Below, in pieces: positions 60,302 through 64,000 of a stretch of DNA of 64,000 bases. Within the stretch, counting starts at the first letter, position 1. Every line of letters begins with the position of its first letter. Origin of the DNA: Camelus dromedarius (taxonomy: Eukaryota); NCBI RefSeq assembly GCF_036321535.1, contig NC_087472.1, forward strand, positions 4,712,001 to 4,776,000, in the 5' to 3' direction. The notes beneath the pieces are model-generated. The model was not told where the DNA came from. It worked only from the letters and a program-made list of their open reading frames with translations, and did not search any database. Both the position numbers and the translations under genes were made by a program.

Positions 60302-62372
60302 TTTCAGCAGGGCAGGTTTCTCTGGGTCACCCCACCCCACGCCCTCATTTCTCCATCTGCATGCTCACCTTGGGTCCTATCAGGCCCTGGGCCCTCCCTC
60401 TGCCCACTTGAATTGCCTTCCCTGAGAACCAGGCCCTCCTCCTCCTAGTCCCCCGAGAAGCCTGGCCAGGATCCCCTAGGGCGGAGACGGATCCTGTGGG
60501 GCCTTCGTCCTCCCTCAGGCCCCTACCTTGACTCCCTGTAGGGCTGGGCTTCCTCTGTGCCAGTCTGGAGCCTCCTCCCAGACCCAGGCCCGTACCTTTC
60601 TCAGACCTCCCAGGCAGAAGTCAGGGCACATCACATCCAGACGCCATGCCTCGGGGTCTCCCAGGGCTGAAATCAGGTCCAGGCTGGATTCCTCGGACCC
60701 CCTGGGGAAGATGCCCCTCCCCATTACTCGCTCCTGAAGTTCCTAACTTGGCTCCTGGGTCCTTGATGAAATGCTGGTTGGGCCGGCTCCCTCCCTGTCA
60801 GCTCTGAGCTTGTGTCTCAGATGCACCCCTTGCAGAAAATGACTCTGAGTCCTAGACTCCATGCTGGGTGGGGAGCTGCAGCGCCCCTGACCGCCGCGGA
60901 GGGTCAGAGAAGAAGCACCAGCCAGCCAGACTGCGGAAACGTTTCCCTCTAAAAGGCAGCGGCTGAGCAGCCGGACTTGGGGACGTCCTGCTCTTTCGAG
61001 GTTATCTAACATTTCATAGTTCAGAGCACTGATTTTCATTCTCTGAAGCCTCATTCAGAGTCAGAAATACATTTTACATCTCACCAAGTTTCCGGAAAGC
61101 ATAGCCACTCTTAGGCTGCCTGATTCACTCCGATGCTCCATACTCTTGTTTCTTGTCCAGACTTCCTCTGCTATTTAAATGGTCAATTTTGAAAAGGACA
61201 GGCCTCATCCACTAAGGTGATTTCAGGTGGTTATTAGCACAAATTCCGCTGCCCTTAATCATCCCATCCTTCACACTGCCCTGATATTTCCCCATGGCTT
61301 CTGGCCTCTGTGGCCAGAGATGCTGAGCTCTCTCCCAATTTTCACAGTGAAACAAGGGTAGAAGTTTAAACTTTTCCTCTTACCCATCCTGCCATCTGCT
61401 TTTATCCAACACACACAGACACACACACACACACACACACACAGACACACACAGACACACACACACACACACACACACACACTTAATTTCATTCTCCCGT
61501 GTAATTTTTTCCGGGGTTGATTTTGGAAACGGAAGACAAAATCTCAAGATTGACTGTCATCTTGGCAGATAAACTTATAGCACTAAATCTGTGGGGGGAA
61601 AAAGACAGAAAAAAGAAAAGAAAGAGAGAAAGAGAAAGAAAAGAAAAAGGGGAATTGATACGGTCACAATAGTTTATTCCCCATCAGTGGATATGGCATA
61701 CTGCTCTTTTGGGGAGCTCTTCAGCCTGAATCTACCAGGAAACTTGTATAACGCCTCCGTCAAGACCTTGTATACATATTTGTTAGGCTTCTTTTTAGGT
61801 AACATTTAACTTTTATTGCAGTTATAAATTGAGGTATTTTTCTGTTACATGTTCTAAATAGTCATTGCTTTTGTATGGCAAGGCTCTTGGTTTTGCTGTG
61901 GTGATCTTCCATCCACTATTCCTCTGAAACCTCATATTCATTTGACTCTTCCATGGGCCCATTCCTTTGAATCTGCTTAGATACGTCATCATGTTGTGAC
62001 GAGGAACATTCATTCTTTCTTTTCAATATATGTATTTCTTATTTATTTTGATATCCATAGCTCTGGCTTTCCGTTTCAGGGCAGCTTCAGAAATCGGAGG
62101 TGATCACATCTTTTTAGGACCTGTTCATGACAAGAATGCTTCTAACATTTCACATTTCTGTATGCTTGCTGCCAACTGTAGGAAAGGAAATTTACCTTCC
62201 AATCTTACCTTGCTAAAGTTCCTACCATGAACTTGTGCTGAATATCTTTCAAAGGCTTTTCTGTCTCCGTTGACCTGATCAAAACTTTTTTTCTCTGCGG
62301 ATTTGTTAACACAGGGATTTACACATGGAAGTATTTTTATAATGTTCAATGTTTACGTCTTGAACACAGCCT

Positions 62373-62723
62373 GTGCTCTGGTCTGTCTTATGTCCCTCTG
62401 AATTCATATGCTAAAATTCTAACGCCTGATGTGATCGTACTAGGATGTGTGACCTTTGAGCTTTGAGAAGTATTAATTTCACAAAGGAAGAACCCTCCTG
62501 AAAGGGATTAGTGCCTTATCAAAGGGACTCAGAGAGGTCCCTCACCCTTTCTGTCACGGGAGATACCAGGAAAAGTGTATTACCCTGAAGAGGGACCTCA
62601 CCCAACCATGCTGGCACCCTGAACTTGGACTTCCAGCCCGAGGACGGTGAGAAAGAAATTCCTATCTTTTATAAGGTCTGCAGTCTATGATAATTTGTCA
62701 CAGCAGCCCAAACAGACTAAGAC
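62373..62723 (+). mobile_element. MLT1A-like LTR (inverted duplicate of 10378-10728)
   Basis: Reverse complement of the left copy. Confidence 0.85.
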
Positions 62724-62849
62724 AGACTGTCTGTTTATTTCACTGCTATGTTGACTATGTTTTTCATTTGATTTGGGTCTTTTTCTGTGTGAGTGACTTT
62801 GGCCTGGATGTTTATACAGCTTTCACGCCTTGATTCAAATACCAAAACA

Positions 62850-63692
62850 AACACACAAACAACGAATCCTACAGCTAACCTCATACTTAATAGTAAAAGC
62901 CTGAATGACTTCCTTCTAAGACTTACAAAAGCCCAGGGTGTACATTCTTAAGCAAATTCTTTCGAGGCATAGAAGACATGGAAGTCTAGACCAATGTAAT
63001 GAAGCAGGTATAAGAAAAAAAAAGATAAACAGATAGGAGAAGGAAAAACAAAACAGTCCCTATTAGAAAATGACATCAACATCTGCCTAGAAAATTCCTA
63101 AGTGCGTTTAGCAAGGTCACTGGACATGAGAACAATACAGAAATATTAATTATATATTTTTGTACACTATCATTGTTCTTAAAATTGAAAATTGGAAAAA
63201 AAGATCAATGTCACTTATAACTAAGAACTAAGAAACGTGGAACGAAATCCTTAGTATAAGTCCAACAAAATATGTGTGAGATATGTATGCTGAACACCAC
63301 AAAACACTGATGAAAGTCATCAAGAAAGAGATAAATAGAGAGATGTGTGGTTTTCATGAATCATGAGTCAATATTGTCACGATGTTAATTATCCTCACGT
63401 TGTTCTATAGAATCATCACGATCACAAGGAAAATCCCAGCAGGAAGAAAACAGTTTGGTAGTTCTTCAAAAGCTAAACGTAGAAATGAACATATGACCCC
63501 TTAATTCCATTCTTAGGTATCTACCAAAAAGGCTTGAAACTAGATACTCAAACAAGTACGTGTACACGCATGCTCATTGCAACTCTTCACAAGAGCCAAG
63601 AAGTGGAAACAGCCCAAAAGTCCATCAGTGGAGGAATGATTAAACAAATTGTGTCATGTATCTATATCTATAGCTATAGCTATATATCTATC

Positions 63693-63724
<32 letters not shown>

Positions 63725-64000
63725 TGTATATGTATGTGTATATAGATACATACGTACCGTGGAATCATATCCAGCCATAAAAAGGAATGAAGTCTGGTAT
63801 ATGCTATGATATGGTCATATCCTCAAAAACATGATACCAAGTGAAATAAAGCAGACACAAAAGGTCATATATTGTATGATTCCATGTGTACGAAATATTG
63901 AAACTAGAGAAATCCATGGAGACAGAAGTTAGATTACTAGTTGCCAGGGGCTTGGGACAGGGAGAAGCTGCTTAATGGGCAAGAATTTTCCATTTGGGGT
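62850..64000 (+). mobile_element. L1MB-type fragments (inverted duplicate of 9121-10250) with a (TATG)n about 20 bp longer than the left copy
   Basis: Reverse complement of the left copy. Confidence 0.7.

Larger units (their letters stand above)
56320..64000 (-). repeat. Right arm of the large inverted repeat (continues past the window end)
   Basis: Reverse complement of 9121-17370, minus a 613-bp deletion, plus 24-bp and 20-bp insertions. Confidence 0.97.

Overview
Mammalian genomic DNA; the young LINE-1 3' ends look camelid-type, which is an inference. Gene content matches the Xq28-type EOLA/HSFX/MAGEA region. The window holds five intact single-exon-CDS MAGE-A-like genes: G1 4352-5152 (+), G2 15956-16939 (+), G3 25865-26698 (-), G4 38750-39550 (+) and G5 56751-57758 (-). 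It also has a two-exon HSFX3/4-like heat-shock-factor gene (-) with an apparent C-terminal frameshift. An orphan last coding exon of EOLA1/2 (CXorf40) is joined directly onto the truncated 3'UTR of G2. The architecture is ampliconic: a near-identical 6.6-kb direct duplication (G1/G4), an inverted repeat of at least 8 kb (G2/G5 arms, 39-kb spacer, runs off the window end) and an older head-to-head inverted pair (G3/G4). Each MAGE gene is preceded by 9-13 tandem ~200-bp cassettes (Ets-like core, usually a GC box, splice donor), about 50 in all. The cassettes are built from two unit types in a higher-order pattern, and the G2 and G5 arrays differ by exactly one trimer. There are patchwork gene-conversion tracts. 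The rest is L1, ERVL, MER21, MLT1A, MER58 and MER3 repeats, plus three N-runs. All alignments and counts were done by eye and are approximate; repeat family names come from recalled consensus sequences, not a search.
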